From positions 84,010,001-84,074,000 of the forward strand of contig OZ024742.1 of assembly GCA_964016885.1 (NCBI GenBank): 64,000 bases of DNA, written 5' to 3'. Below the pieces are notes generated by a model. That model was given only the letters and a program-made list of their open reading frames with translations, was not told the DNA's origin and searched no databases. The DNA is from Eledone cirrhosa. Taxonomy: Eukaryota. The position numbers and the translations under genes are program-made. Position 1 is the first letter of the stretch. Each line of letters starts with the position of its first letter. Positions 13,813 through 28,288 of this stretch are shown in pieces.

Positions 13813-16079
13813 TAATTTGTTGGAAATCCAACAAATATAGATGTTTATAACTGATTCAGAGCACTCGACAGTTTTCTGGAGTAAGTATTCAATGATATTA
13901 AATAAATGGAAACTATATTTATAAAACCATATTTATTCGATTATATATATTTCAAGGGTACCGAAAATTTTGGTCCGCTATAATCAGATAAAATACAAAA
14001 TGTTTTATAAATATTTGACATGACCAAGGATAATATACCTTAACGGTTGAAGTTATCCCTGGAAAGTGAAGGGAAGAGAGAAGAAAAGTCAGATATTTAA
14101 TATTATTAATATGAGTATGCAAATGAGGTTTATATTAAAGGGCTGAAAAAACGTTATTTTAGACGCTATGGAAAATTAAAATAATTATGATAAGGAAGGA
14201 AGAGAAAGAGAGAGGAATAGCGTTAATTTTGGGGAAAAAAATTGTTACCTATATTATGAGTTATAATATTGTATGGTTGTAAGTATTTTCATATTATTAC
14301 ATTAGGATAGGTTATATGTATATAAATATTAATAAGTTGCGTATGTATTGGTTGTTTATATAAACAAATATGAGTTACGAAGGATGTTGAAATATTATTT
14401 TCAAGTTGTGAGATTAGAATAATTTGTGGATTCAAACATTTTTCAACATTGAGAATGTTTTCAGAATATTGTTAATTCAACGAAGCTATATAAATTATCA
14501 AACAAAAATTGTTAAAGAAGAAGGAAGCTAAGAAGGAAAAGGAAGACCACTTAAACGTTAATTTAGGGGAAATATATTCAGACATTTAGCTATATTTATA
14601 TGGAGAATTATTTATCTTATTATAATAATATATAAATATCTATATATATTTTAATAATAGCATATGTATTTTCTTTTTAGTAAAAGGATAGTTTGTTTAT
14701 AATATGAGTTACGAGGGATGTTGAAATTACAATAATGATATATATATATGTCTATATATACATTGTATTATTCAAATTTTCATAATATCCGGCTTGAAAT
14801 GGAATATCATTAGACACCTAGACGGCGTAACGGCATAGTTGTTGTACTGAGACACTTAGTGATACGCAGGAAGCATTTAAATGTTGATGTAAAAGCTCAG
14901 TTAATTAAAGTCACAAAATATCATCGATGGGAGGTAACTGATAAATAAATTAAAAGTTTTTGACTCTCAAAAAAATAATGGATCTTTATTTAAAGTTCCT
15001 ACATTGACTTTGTGGGGAACATAAAATAAATATATTGTAAAAAATTATAGTTCAAAATGAATATAGTGTCTACGTTACAGCTTAGTATGGAGATAATATA
15101 AACATTAACGATACTATACATTTGGATAGGTGGATCGATCAATTGTTTTGGATTCACACTATAATGTAATTAAATAACCTGATGTACTATCAGGCTTTTA
15201 CCAATGCGCATGAAACATACACATACTATATATGTGTGTGTTTGTCTGTATGTATGTCTACATATAGACACACATTTAATCATAGGGTGATGTAGATCCG
15301 TCTAAGAATATTAATAATTGGCAAAGCCAGGTCCAAATTTTGTGTTCATCATTTGATTCTGAGGGATACTATTGTCCTTGTGACACATAAATAGGTTTTC
15401 TAGTGCAACAGATTTAGATAATGATTCTATACCTGCACATGCTTTGTATCTGTGCATATGTACATGCAGTTATTAGATACATAATGTTTGGCATGTATTA
15501 CATATTTTTTACTGTTCATAACGTTCGTAACTCCCATGGCTTTTCTTCGGTAAATTGTTCTCGTTGCTTGTGTTCGGTAAATTTTTGTTGTTGTTTGAAG
15601 CAAATTCTTGTACAATGAATTTAGTATTTATTCGGATATCTCTACGAATTCGAATGAAAGGTGTCTTCAGGGGATATAGTTAGAAGAATTGAGCTACATA
15701 ACCGTTGAGATACATAACTTCAGATGGATGTTCCCTCACGAAGGTTCATTTTCCTCTCCCACTATCTAACAAATCTTTCGTAGTCTCAGCGGCCGCTCCT
15801 GCTGAAAACATATTTTCACGCATTCGTTATACAATAACAAAAAAAAAAAAAATTACAACATTTATTAAGTATACAGTGGAAAGTGACATGAGTTTGTGTG
15901 TGCGCATATGTTGTTATTAGGATTGGCACCTTCGTATATCATTGCGCATGCATTTAGAAAAATTTAGCCTAGAGATCTACTCTTTAAATATATTGCTGCA
16001 CACCAGTCGGCAAAACTGCACAGTGTCGTGATTCTTTCACTATTTGCTCTTCACACTTAGAATTTTATATATATATTTA

Positions 16080-17323
16080 CACAGGGTGTGGACGGTATTT
16101 GAGGACAGATGTTTGGTTAAAAAAACAAAAGCTTATATAATAAAAGAAAAAAACTGTATTCTTATAAAAATAACATATACATAAATCTAAATTATCAATT
16201 TAATAATTTCATTCAATAAAACCACCATAGGCATCAATAACTGCCTCTACACGGGGTCGAAATCATTTGCAAGCTCGGATTAAGTGGTCCTTGTCATTTC
16301 GGACAGACTCGAACTATGGCGGCTTTCAAAGAATCATTTGTGCTATGGGGGTGTTCATTGACATTTTTCTCAACGATGCTCCATACATAGTAGTCCAGTG
16401 GATTGAGACCTGGAGAAATAGGAGGCCAAATGTTGGGGGTGATGTGATCATGCAAATTGTCAGCCATCCATTCCTGTGTTATTAGAGCCTTGTGTAATGG
16501 TGCAGAATCTTGTTGAAAGACGTAAGGCCTTCCATTGCATACACTGTTGATCCAAGGCTTAATAATTTTATCCAGAACCTCAATATATGCAGCAGCATTC
16601 ACCCTAAGGCCTTGTGGAAAAAAGTGAGGAGGCATCACACGTTCTTCATTGCTAACAACACCCAAAACCATGACATTACTCTTGGAACCTCAGAAGGGTC
16701 TGCACATAGCCATCTGTCATTTCTTCTGTTAGTTTTGTGGTCCTGGTCAAAGTTTTTGTCATCTGAGAAAAACCAAATCACATCATCTTCTGATGGATTT
16801 TTAAATTTGTTTAAAAGTCTTTTGAACCTGATTAAACGGTTTTCTTTTGTTTTTTTTCTGACATTAATTGACCTATCCTCATCACGTAAGATTTGTATCT
16901 GATGTCTTCATGCACAACATTTCTGATTGTTTTTTCTGGCACACCAAATTATTTTGCAATTGACCTCATTGATTTTCCTGGATGGTCATTAATGTTTTGC
17001 TTAACTTCCTGAATAAATTCAGGTGTCCTGATAGAATCAGAGCGTTTGGAATGTTTTTTAAGTTTTGAAACACGTAATACGCTTCCATCTTCTTTCTCTA
17101 ACTCACACCGAATCTTGTGAACAAAAGATCTTGCAACTTTCAGAAACGAGAAATTTCTAAATCACCATGCTTAGCCTTCAAAGCCACACTCACAACATAC
17201 CTTTTCATCTCATTTGTAAGTATAGTTATTTTCATTGTTATTTTCTGAAATAGAAGTTCAATAAAAATTATTCAAATAAAATGACTCAAAATACATGTCC
17301 TCAAATAACGTCCGCACTCTGTA
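16080..17323 (-). mobile_element. Tc1/mariner superfamily DD37D (maT) transposon, decayed
   Basis: TIRs cagggtgtggacggtatttgaggac / gtcctcaaataacgtccgcactctg in TA context. Transposase WFFSDDK, MPPHFF..GLRVN, VFQQDSAP.H, WPP.SP.LNPLDY with 37 residues between the 2nd and 3rd Asp. Confidence 0.92.
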
Positions 17324-17341
17324 TGTATATATATATATATA

Positions 17342-17521
17342 TAGGAACGAGTAGGACCCCGACGGCTGAGCTCTAGCCGTTTCGACGGGTAATTCTGGAC
17401 TCGAAACGGCTTGAGCTCAGCTGTCGGTGTCCTACTCGTTCCTATTACCCACTCTACTACCCTAAGTATTGAGTACTTTGGTGCATTTTGGTCCACCTGG
17501 TTCCTTACCACATTTCCTTCG

Positions 17522-17523
<2 letters not shown>
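17342..17523 (+). mobile_element. Short (TA)n-embedded fold-back 3' end of the Penelope-like family at 43945-45567
   Basis: ccccgacggctgagctc...cgaaacggcttgagctcagctgtcgg; other copies at 5401-5455, 27632-27803, 34437-34630, 38921-39112, 41978-42116. Confidence 0.7.
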
Positions 17524-17588
<65 letters not shown>

Positions 17589-18499
17589 ACCATACTCTAC
17601 TACACCAATATCGAGTACTCTGGTGAGTAATAGTCTAAACAGGTTTCACGAAGATAATCGGATAAATAGGAGAATTAAGGTGCCAAACTAAAGGCTTTAC
17701 AAAATGTACGGCCCGGTACGTTTTAGCTTTGAATCCCGCCAATGTCATCCTTTTTTCATCCTTCATGGGTCTCCAAAATAGTTGGTTGGTTGCTTTCCCG
17801 TAATAGAATCGATGAAATACCTTTTCTCCATTTCCCTGAATCTGGGAGTTTGTGCTGAAGATAGAATTAGTATTTCAGTAATTCTGAATCTTTTTTTGTG
17901 GCGAAATTATAAAGCCAACGTTGATTATTTCTAAGATAAAACAATTTAAGAATGACAGTCTTTCAGACAAGAATACCAAGATAGATATTTTTAGAAACAA
18001 TTACCTCCCCCTTCAACTCTAAGGTCATTCAAACATTTAACCCAATTCCACCATTTTTGAAAGTGACTATCACCACAACAGATTGCTACCACACCTATCC
18101 CCTTCTCCTTCTTCTTCTCCCCTCACCACTTCTCCCTCTCCTCCCCCCTCTCTCAACTACTACCAGTCAAAACCAGCAGTCAGAAAAAACTTAAAACTAC
18201 TACTGTTGGCCAACTAACAGAGAACGAAGGACAACCACGGACAGAGATATGAACTCTCCTCTCTAAATATGTATTTAAAAACTAATAATTTTTCTTCCCC
18301 TTTTTATTATTCGTATAACTTAACTGCATTATGCCAATCCGCATTTGAAAAAGCATATAAGGCTGAAACCGGTACCACTATTAAATGCGGCAATACCCAC
18401 TTTATAAATAAATGTTTTGATATTATACTGAAAATATCTCTCCAGCATTTTCTAATGACATTTTTTTCCTTTCTACTATTTGTTTGCCCTTATCTCTGA

Positions 18500-19338
18500 C
18501 CACCTCCCCGCACACACAGACACACAACCCTCCTCCTGCCTTGACCCTCTGACCACTTCCTGTTCCGCGCGCACCCCACATCTCCCCTCTTCCGACCAAC
18601 CCAACCACGGATTACACATAAGGAACATCGATCCCTAGAATCCACCACATTCCAAGGATATTACCCAGCATTCCACCACATCCTCTACGGAAATACCTTA
18701 AGGACTCACCCACTGACATACACTCAAACATTTTTTTCCCACACGCCACCTACATCCACAACACGCATAAACACCACACACACACGTGCGTACCACCACA
18801 TATTTACACACTCAGCCTCCGGAATCCTCCCCCCCACCCCTCTGACCCCTCCCATCCACACACGCACACACACACCGACCTACACCCCACCCATACACAC
18901 CTCTTCCTGAACATGCAACCCCGTTCTTCCCCCAACTCTTACTTTCATATACACACACACACACGTACACCTACACACACACACACCATCTTCAGCCCTT
19001 CCCGCTCGGACACCCCGCCTCCCTCTCCCCACTCCACCCGCCACCCCCTACACGCCCCACACCCTTCCACCACCTGTTTTACTTCATGTTTATTTTAATT
19101 TTTATTATGCTTTTATATTTAATTTCATTTGTACCGTTTCCTCTCACCCTTTTTTTCTATATGTCTCTCCACCACTCCCCTACATACCCTTGGAACTCTC
19201 TTCCCACACACTTTTCACCTGAAGAAGGGCTTATGCCCGAAAGGTCGTTCCCCACCAACACCCCACTCTCAAGAGCGTGAAACTAATAAACCTTTGTTCG
19301 TACTGCCTCTCTGTTTTGCTCCCGTTCAATTTTTTACT
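18500..19338 (+). mobile_element. Probable Penelope-like 3' tail with degenerate hammerhead at 19216-19248
   Basis: C/A-rich tail ending in (TA)n; CTGAAGA-a-gggc(ttat)gccc-GAAA at 19219-19242 followed by AATAAA. Confidence 0.45.
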
Positions 19339-19346
19339 ATATATAT

Positions 19347-19417
<71 letters not shown>

Positions 19418-19502
19418 ATAATTAAAAAAAATATAATTGATTTCAATGCTTTCCCGCAGCAGCAAAATGTGATTAATTCATTTCCCGATGCACATATTCC
19501 AG

Positions 19503-19855
19503 AATGCAGCGATGCCGTCACATTTGACTTCGTAAAACAAGCAGATGATATGTCTGGGAACGACGTTCGCCCTATATATGAACATGTCAAACGCAGCTGG
19601 AGAGGTAAAATGAAATTCGTCCGTACAAGTAGAATGACACTACCAAATTTTGCTCACATGAATTTTGGAAACGGTTTATTTATTGCAATGGAATTCAGAA
19701 AATATAGATATGGTCCTTGGAGACAAGTACTTTTAACAAATTGTGTATGTTGTCAATCCCAGAGGCCATCAATTCAAATTACTCTTACCAGCTGGCAAAT
19801 TTCAATAACGCTTGAAACAGTAGCTGGAGGTAGAGAAGTACTGAAATTTAGAATG
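19503..19855 (+). CDS. Exon of Pif/LamG3-like gene: N-terminal part of laminin-G/concanavalin-like domain
   Basis: ttccAG acceptor at 19501-19502 gives phase 1, matching the previous exon; GT at 19856. Translation CSDAVTFDF..ADDMSGN...MKF...SRMTLPNFAHMNFG..L.I.M.F......QVLLTNC....PSIQI.L, the pattern of the Pif-type LamG start. Confidence 0.82.
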
Positions 19856-20709
19856 GTTTGTATATAACATCCAATATGTATTAATTTTTAATTAAAATAC
19901 TTACACTATAAACTGGTAAAGTACTCTACATTCCTATATAATAGTTCATTATAATCACAATTACAATTACGGAATAGAATTAATCTTCGTCGTTTTCAAG
20001 AATGTGTGTTCCTATTGTCTCCGTCAAAATCTCTGGCGTCCTTGGTCCCCGCACTGCTGATCTTCCCCGTAAATTCGGAAAGACGGCGGCTCACTTGAGG
20101 AGGGAACCCCGTGAGGTGAGGTGGCTGTTGCATTGGGTGTCTTTGGGCATTCTACGCGGTGAAACGTTTGCCTTCTGTCTGCGGGGAGTGGCTAAGGTAT
20201 CGCTCAGATTAGGTTTTAATGACTGACCCTCCTCACCCCCTTAATTTCTCCGCTTGACCCTTGTTTCTTTTTCTCCTTTCGTTTACTTTTTTCTTCTTTT
20301 TTTGTTCCATTTAATAGTGTGTTTTGTTTTTATTAGAGACTACTCAACTATTTTTATATAGCATTCAAGATATTGTGAGATTTTATATATTGAATAAAAT
20401 CATTACTCGTGCTAGTATTAACAATAAATAAAAATTATAAAATTCAATTTTTCATTTGGAAATATTTTGTATGTATCCATCCATAATCCACAAGGTAAAC
20501 AGTAGAACACAAATTAATTCTTGTGGATAACGTATTTCATATATTTATAATCGAGATATTTATGAAATAGTTCAAATATATAAAAGTTATACTAAAATGA
20601 ATGTTTCTTCATCATATACTAAAATTTATACTAAAATGAATGTATCTTCATCATTTTCTCATCTTCAAAATTATTGTGAATTGAATTCACATTCTTTTAT
20701 CGGATGAAG

Positions 20710-20800
20710 CAAAGCAGAAAAGTCCGCTTGACTGTAACATATGACGGAAGTACCTTTACGGGTATTATAAACCATGACAAGAGAAGTGTTCGCATGACAG
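20710..20800 (+). CDS. Exon of Pif/LamG3-like gene: LamG middle strands
   Basis: QSRKVRLTVTYDGSTFTGIINHDKRSVRMT(G), containing the LamG V.L.YDG motif; GTATGT donor at 20801; phase 0-1. Acceptor position is less certain (AAG at 20707-20709). Confidence 0.72.
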
Positions 20801-20854
20801 GTATGTAGAGCCAGAATCTTAATCATTTTTAAACCTTGATATTTCTCTTAATAC

Positions 20855-20915
<61 letters not shown>

Positions 20916-20965
20916 GTATATATATATATATATATATATGTATCTATCTATCTATCTATCTATCT

Positions 20966-21032
<67 letters not shown>

Positions 21033-21036
<4 letters not shown>

Positions 21037-21515
21037 AAGGTTTAGCAAATAATGAAAAAGTTTCAAAATAAATTTTAAAAAATTGACTTTACCTACTATA
21101 GTTACCTTTACCGATCGGTTTCGAATCCCAAAAATAAACGTAGACCATACGGCCTTCGTTGCAAAGAAAGATTCTCGTCAGAAGGTTCTTTTCATTCAAA
21201 GAATATAAAATTCCTGAATTTAAATTACGAACTAGCGCTATCAAAACTGTTCCTGGGATGAGAGTGGATGATGTAGAAACAGGTTTATCAAGGGCCGAAG
21301 TAAAGATAGAGGCAGAAGGAGGTAGGTCAAACTAGCCGCAGCTTTCGAATGAAAAGAACCTTCTGACGAGAATCTTTCTTTGCAACGAAGGCCGTATGGT
21401 CTACATTTATTTTTGGGATTCGAAACCGATCGGTAAAGGTAACTATAGTAGGTAAAGTCAATTTTTTAAAATTTATTTTGAAACTTTTTCATTATTTGCT
21501 AAACCTTGTTTATAT
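21033..21515. mobile_element. Fold-back element with a hammerhead in each arm
   Basis: 21030-21197 is the reverse complement of ~21347-21515; left end abuts (TA)n. Confidence 0.75.
21358..21440 (+). ncRNA. Type I hammerhead ribozyme, canonical core (inverted copy ~21103-21186)
   Basis: acctt-CTGACGA-gaatc...gattc-GAAA-ccgatcgg-TA-aaggt; palindromic helix III. Confidence 0.82.
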
Positions 21516-21618
21516 TTGTTCTGGCTCGTTAATTTATTAACCTGCCATTGAACCACACTGGCATTTGGTTGGACAATACATGCGTACCTTAGCGCCTTGT
21601 GCGTGAAGGAACACATAT

Positions 21619-21718
<100 letters not shown>

Positions 21719-21941
21719 TATATATATATATAATAATAATAATATATATATAATATACACACATATATATATATATAATTTAATTTTAATTTTATTTTCA
21801 ACCTAAAAACTTTGCGGATTTTCGCAGTTATCTCCCTTACACCTCTCGCACGCAGTCTAGTATTGACTGTGTGAAGTGACCGAGTTTCTGCGCATGCGCG
21901 TTCGTACGGTTGTCCTTCCTTTTCCTATAACCATACACATC

Positions 21942-21981
21942 CCGAGCTGAAGATCTGCTAAGGTGAAACAATTGTTCTCGG
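21942..21981 (+). ncRNA. Minimal type I hammerhead ribozyme (family copy at 62142-62182)
   Basis: ccgag-CTGAAGA-tctgctaaggt-GAAA-caattg-TT-ctcgg; helix II weak. Confidence 0.65.
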
Positions 21982-23131
21982 TATGGTGAACTAACTGTTG
22001 TGTAACCACTTCTACCTAACTCGTCCCTTGGACTGAGTGCTCTACCACTACGGATATTACCTTCCAGTGTTCTACCACTATATATATATATATATAATAA
22101 GAAAATGCGAAGTAGTTTCACATGTTAAAGTCCTTTATTGACAATGCTGTGATACATATTTCAATGACGACAGTAGCCACACGAATCCGTGTACCTAGCG
22201 CCATGACATCATCAGACAGCTTCTTACATAATAAGGTTACATTCCCGAGGCAATCCAAAGTGAAACGACAAGGGAATGGACAAGGCGTTTGTTCTTGTAT
22301 CCCTCGTCCGTTCCCCTGTGAGCCCCAATTCACCTCCAACGGTTTGCGCAGGCGCAAAAATGAAGGAACCATCCACTATCCTAAACTCAACGAAACTAGT
22401 CTAGGCAAGTTCCCCTCTCCAACCAAAACAATCACCCCCATCCAGGTCGGTAATATGACACGGTTAAAGTTTACTGCTATTCGCCCTTCGAGTGGCAGTT
22501 GACCGAAACCTAGTGGTGGTAGCAGAGTATGAGTTTCAATAGGCCTTAATACTACCCCTAATATATGCTTGGACAATAGGGTTGACCATCCCCGCTAAGA
22601 GAATATAAACTTAAACTTAATTCTAGATATTATGGTTTCACAGTGGAAATTAAAATTGAAAATTAGAAATTAAAAGTTAAAATCTTGATTGAAGTAAATA
22701 AAAATATAAATATATATATAAAGTAAATAGGGAGATGTTTAAATTATAGTAGGAAGTTTTGAAAAGGGGGTCAATATTGGATACTTGAGATATATTATCC
22801 ATATATCGAATGATAATACGGTACAGTACAACAGAAATTTATAGTGAGAACATTTTGAAAAAGGGATCTATATTGCATATTACATATATATTATCCATAT
22901 ATTGAACGATAGTACCATACAGTAGAACGGAGGTAAGTTAAAGTATGAAACTTAGTATTTAGGCAAAGAATTAGTTAATATACTCTTCTGCCACATGAAT
23001 CAAAACAAAACAAAAAGTACATAGATGCAAAATGTGAGAGGAAATAAATATGAGCAAAGATATATATGAGAAAGATAAACATGTATATCGGTATGGGAAT
23101 GGGGGTAGAAGTGGTGAAAATGTGTGTCAAA

Positions 23132-23271
<140 letters not shown>

Positions 23272-24366
23272 AATAATCGAGTATCGGAAAATCAGCTCAC
23301 GAATTAACGATAAACAAATCCGACATGAGTGGCAGAGGGCTCAATAATTCAGATAAATCAGAGCTATAACTATCGTTAAAATACCAACACACAAAGATTA
23401 TGCCTAAAATCACCCATGCAGCCGAAAAAGAACGACCAGGAAGATTCGGGTCACTCAAATAAAATATCAATAAATCAATAATTTAGATGAATGTAAAAAA
23501 CTTACCCGGACCCGCTAGAAAGGTGTTAAATCTAGCTTCTTGGGTTTCTGCAATTCCTTAATCCGTTCGCTATCAGCCCACATAAAAATATATAAGACTT
23601 CTAGGGAAAAAATGGACTGGAAGAACTTTATCAACGGGTTGGTCCGACGAATAAAGAAGTTACCCATAGCCAGACACGCACATGGTGCCCAGCACGGGAG
23701 ATAACCTCTATATTAGCGAAAAATTATCGGTAATGTGGAAATCACATATCGAATCAGAGTGCTCGATAGACATGTTAAAATAAACAGGAGCTATTCAGCA
23801 TTCAATAGAATCGACAAAAAAATGAACAATAAAATTAACTGGTCAATAGCTATGTCTAGAGCTATATATATATATATAATAAATGAAGAATAAGAAATAG
23901 AAGATCGCGTACGGTGTGGGACGATGGAGGAAGTTAGAGAGTGGGCGGGGATCAGAGAGCGAGTGAGTGAAAGTGCGTTTCACTCACTCACTCTCTGCTA
24001 CTCACTCTCTCTCTCACTTTCTCCATCGTCCCATACCGTACGCGATCTTTTACCTCGCTCACATCCGTACGGCTAAGATGTGTCTTTACCTCCTCGTCAA
24101 AATTCGCCCGTTCTTATGTTAGAAATGAATTATTAACTTGATTTTTCATTTTTTCCTCTCTTTACGTTGCCTCACCATTCGTTTCTGTTTACATGTCTTT
24201 CTCTTTCTCCACCCAACTCTTTTTATCCCAATAACTTATTTTAGTTATTGTATCGCCCTAGATGGAGGTATATTGTCTGTAATGCGAAGAAATACCTATG
24301 ATGGCTAGTAGACAACTGATGGCGGATATTCCTAACTTCTATTTCTAATTCTTCATTTATTATATA

Positions 24367-25291
24367 CTAGCAGTAAAGCCCGGCGTTGCTCGGGGTCGCT
24401 CAGTAGCTGTGTTAAAGTTACAATGTTAAGTTTCTTTTTTGGCTTAAAAACTGTAGTGTCTACTGTGCAGACTTGCATGTGGTGTTTTTTATTAATATTC
24501 CCTCAACCAACAATATGCCTTATGAAGTTAAGAAAACATAACGATAACCCGAATGTTATAACAAAAGAGGTTGCTGGGGATAAAAACTGCACTGGTTATT
24601 TATTAACAAAGATCGAAAATGTAAACACTGCAACGCAGAGAAAAACATTAGCGTAACCAAATTATCAGTTATGTCTGTCTGCACGCCTATATCACCTCTC
24701 TGCACGACTGTCTGTCTGCACGCCTATATCACCTCTCTGCACGACTGTCTGTCTGCACGCCTATATCACCTCTCTACACGACTATCTGTCTGCACGCGTA
24801 TATCACCTCTCTGCACGACTGTCTGTCTGCACGACTGTCTGTCTGCACGCCTAACGACGAAATATTTGCTTGTTTTACGTAGTCTTTAAATAGACTTGTT
24901 TTCAAGTAAAAATATTGTTTTAAAATGCTTTTAAATGGAAATGAAGCAAAACGGAAGCTTAGTGTTCGAACTGATGAATTTTGCAGGTCAATATTTTGCT
25001 GGCTCGACAACTGTTCGTGTATTGTGAAAATGTAATGAGAACGTAAGACGCTATGCTGAATGTAAACAGAACAAAGGGAAATAACTGATCACTTACGCTC
25101 AAAAATCGATACATTATATTCGATTTCGTCAGATAGGGCGGGTCAATTTGAAATATTTTTTTTCCGATGTCTTCGCTAGGGCTCAATGTACAAGTATAGC
25201 AATTTCGGTGCAATTCTGTCAGAGATTCTAAGAGGAGATGTGTGCCAAAAATCGATAGACAGACAGACAACCACAGTTTTATATATATAGA
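24367..25291 (-). mobile_element. Non-autonomous Helitron
   Basis: Minus strand starts TCtatatatataaaac...gtctgtctgt and ends in hairpin cccgagcaacgccggg...CTAG; inserted between A and T. Confidence 0.75.
24672..24851. repeat. 37-bp minisatellite (~4.5 copies) inside the Helitron
   Basis: Unit tgtctgtctgcacgcctatatcacctctctgcacgac; cacgcctat recurs at 24682, 24719 and 24756. Confidence 0.9.
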
Positions 25292-25940
25292 TATATATTA
25301 CATTTATTATATATATATTTATTATATATATATTACAAAGCTACTTGATGTGAAATCATGTGTTGAAACATATATTGTTATAATTTGGGTGGGTCAAACT
25401 GGCAATAAAAATCACATGATTTAGTAAAATTGAAGTTCACATGTTATTAGTCATTTAACTAAACCATTCTTCGATTGGTTTAGCAACCAAACGGTTGATT
25501 AATTGTCAATATTCTCTCGTAATACATTTTGTGACCTTTTCAACAACTATTCTGATCCTCTGTGTTTCTTCCTAGATCGATTTAGCTATAATTAATCCAC
25601 CATTTTCAATTCTAAATTCAAGTGGTATGTATGTGGTATGTGCATACTTGTGCGTGTGCAGTAGTGTGTATGCATGTATGTGCGTATTTATAGATTTTTA
25701 CACTCGCAAGTCTCTGTGTGTGCTTAATTGTTTCAATTATATGCAATGATTACTAGTTCTGCTTGAAGTTTGGCGCCATATTCATGAACATGAATTTTAT
25801 CAATAAAGTTTGAAAATATACAAGGGAGATTCAAGGTTTGTAATGATAAACCTAATTCTAGAAAATAATCCACGCGTCTCAAATATATTATAAGCTCTTC
25901 CATTTCATGGATACTATTCCTTGTATTTTATTCTTTGCAG

Positions 25941-26017
25941 GCTACATTGCTAATACAGGTGCTCCGATCGTGGTTGGTGGTTGTCATGATGATTCATTTG
26001 TTGGGAAATTATATTAT
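25941..26017 (+). CDS. Exon of Pif/LamG3-like gene: LamG C-terminal strands
   Basis: ttctttgcAG acceptor, GTAAGT donor at 26018; phase 1-0. GYIANTGAPIVVGGCHDDSFVGKLYY matches the LamG P(I/L).(I/V)G....F.G motif. Confidence 0.82.
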
Positions 26018-26492
26018 GTAAGTATAGCATTTTCTACTTCCAACAAAACATTGCTGAAATAGATAAGAATTAATTTATTGATAACGTACATATATAGTGT
26101 GAAACAGACATTCGAAAGTGCCTCTAAATTGATTTAGCAAGATATATCCTCCCACTCTTTATAAGTAACAAACAATCTGAATAACATTTGCTAGCTGGAT
26201 TGTATAACAAATAAATAAATAAATAAAAATATTGTTTATAAAGTTGTATTTACTCATCACTAATATTACATTGTGAGTAGGGGTTTACAAATGTGTTAAT
26301 GTGTCAATTAGAATTGAATACAGTTGAGATTTTTAAAAAAGCACACGCACACACACATAGAACAGGTGATTCAGTAAATTACTGGTGTTGGTACCAATAT
26401 GAGCAATCCATTCACAGTGCATATATTAAGAAAAAGTGATGACGTTTCGTTTACATGTTTTTATTCATTATGTAAATGAACTTATATATATA

Positions 26493-27110
26493 CTAGCGGA
26501 GATACCCAATTACCTTGCTGCGTTTCACACATTTTTTAAAATAAGAAAATGATGATTGATTTTAAATCAGTGATATAATTTATGGAGAAAAAATAAAGGG
26601 AAAAAATAAAGTAGAGGCATTAATTAATAATTTTTGTTGTCATAATTCTAGTGATGTTTTGCATTAGATAAAATGTCTAAATTAGCCAAATTTTAGTATA
26701 AAAGAGAGGTGCTTTTTTTGTTGATTTACATGTAATTAATAGAAAAACCCCGTGATAATAGAGGTTCCAATACTCAAGTTATGGGCTTCCAAAATGTTCA
26801 CTATACGGTGTTTAACCCCCATTAAGGTGTCTTAATATTATTGAAATTTGCTGAAATTTTGTGAATAGGCATCATATCTTGTCATTTACCTATGGTTTAA
26901 ATTTCATATAAGTCGAAGGGAAAATATTTTCAGCGGGGCCAAGCGGGGGTTTGTGACCCCGGGGAACCCTTTGATTAAAATGAAATATGCTTATCCAAGT
27001 ACCCTGGGCAATGTAGTTTCAGAATATATATGGTTATGGGGATCTCCAACACCATAGGAGGAGTTCGTGAACAAACAAACAAACAGACAGGAACTACAAC
27101 TTTATATATA
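26493..27110 (-). mobile_element. Probable non-autonomous Helitron
   Basis: aCTAGcgg left end; (acaa)n-cagacag...actttatatat right end, the same layout as 24367-25291. Confidence 0.5.
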
Positions 27111-27497
27111 TATATATATTGAGCATATGTTGGTTGTTTACCGACACCTCAGTATGCAGATTGGAGCACTCGACGAAGTACGCAGGTTGGTTTGTTTACT
27201 CCGGAGTAATGTAAAATAATTAAGTCAAATATGTAAAATTTGGCTTCGTTTATTATAAATTATAGATATACTGCTATATATATTTCGGTGACAGCCATCA
27301 TTAGCTGTGACCTCTTCAGGCAGTCCAAATTGGTGTGGGAAAGACAGGTACACATGTTGTTGAAGTGTGTTTTACTCCATCAATACATCGATATGTCCAG
27401 CTCCTGGTTGTGTTGTTATTCCTATAAGGAACTGGAATCATATGTTATGATTCAAGTTCAACAACATGTGTACCTGTTTTTACCACACCAATTCGGA

Positions 27498-27550
27498 CTG
27501 CCTGAAGAAGTCGCAGCCAATGATGGCTGTCACCGAAATATATATAGCAG
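27498..27550 (+). ncRNA. Type I hammerhead ribozyme in fold-back 27210-27610 (inverted copy at 27271-27323)
   Basis: ctgc-CTGAAGA-(a/g)gt...cagcc..ggctg..acc-GAAA-tatata-TA-gcag. Confidence 0.78.
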
Positions 27551-27799
27551 TATATCTATAATTTATAATAAACGAAGCCAAATTTTACATATTTGACTTA
27601 ATTATTTTATATATATATATATATATATTAAAAAGAGTCGGGGCCCGAGGACTGAGCTCTTGCCGTTTCAACAGCTATTTCCAGACTCAAGAACTAAGTC
27701 GTTGGGCCTCGCCTCTTAGTAAAATAGCCATACTCTACTATACCAAGTATTGAGTACTCTGTTGAGTAATGGTCTGACTAGTTTAAAACTGGTTCTATC

Positions 27800-27835
<36 letters not shown>

Positions 27836-28240
27836 AAAGTTTTATTTAAAATTGTTGGGTTACAACGAGTAAATATTTTATAACTGATATAAAAGCACTC
27901 AACAGTTTTGGAGTATTTTACGATATTAAACAAATGGAAACTACATTTATAAAACCATATTTATTTCATTATATATATTTCAGGGATATCATATTAAAAA
28001 TATGGTATGCCCTCTTCAGACAAAACTGTCTATATATTGTATTTTGTCTGAAGAGGGCATACCATATTCTGATAATCCAGGAATATATCCTGTGGGCCAA
28101 GTCAAAGAATAGATATCAAACAGCTACACAGGCACAAATATACACGACCCCCCCCCCCGCACACACGCCCCCCCCATACACACAATATTCAGTCTTTTGT
28201 ACATATGTCACTGTTTTATGAATATATATTTTCTTCGCAG

Positions 28241-28288
28241 CTCTCTATATTTCAATGCTTGCCGCGTGTTCACGAGTATTTAAAGTAA
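28241..28288 (+). CDS. Terminal coding exon of Pif/LamG3-like gene
   Basis: ttttcttcgcAG acceptor, phase 0; LSIFQCLPRVHEYLK* supplies the last LamG strand and closing Cys; TAA at 28286-28288. Confidence 0.78.
   Translation, partial: LSIFQCLPRVHEYLK

Noticed and set aside
19277-19502. N-terminal part of the 196-aa ORF, and the NAGNAG acceptor at 19457-19462
   Set aside because: Runs through (TA)n; those acceptors are phase 0 and incompatible with the upstream phase-1 donor, whereas 19503 fits.
24672-24851. 37-bp repeats of CRISPR-like length
   Set aside because: Head-to-tail with no unique spacers, inside a Helitron, eukaryotic context.
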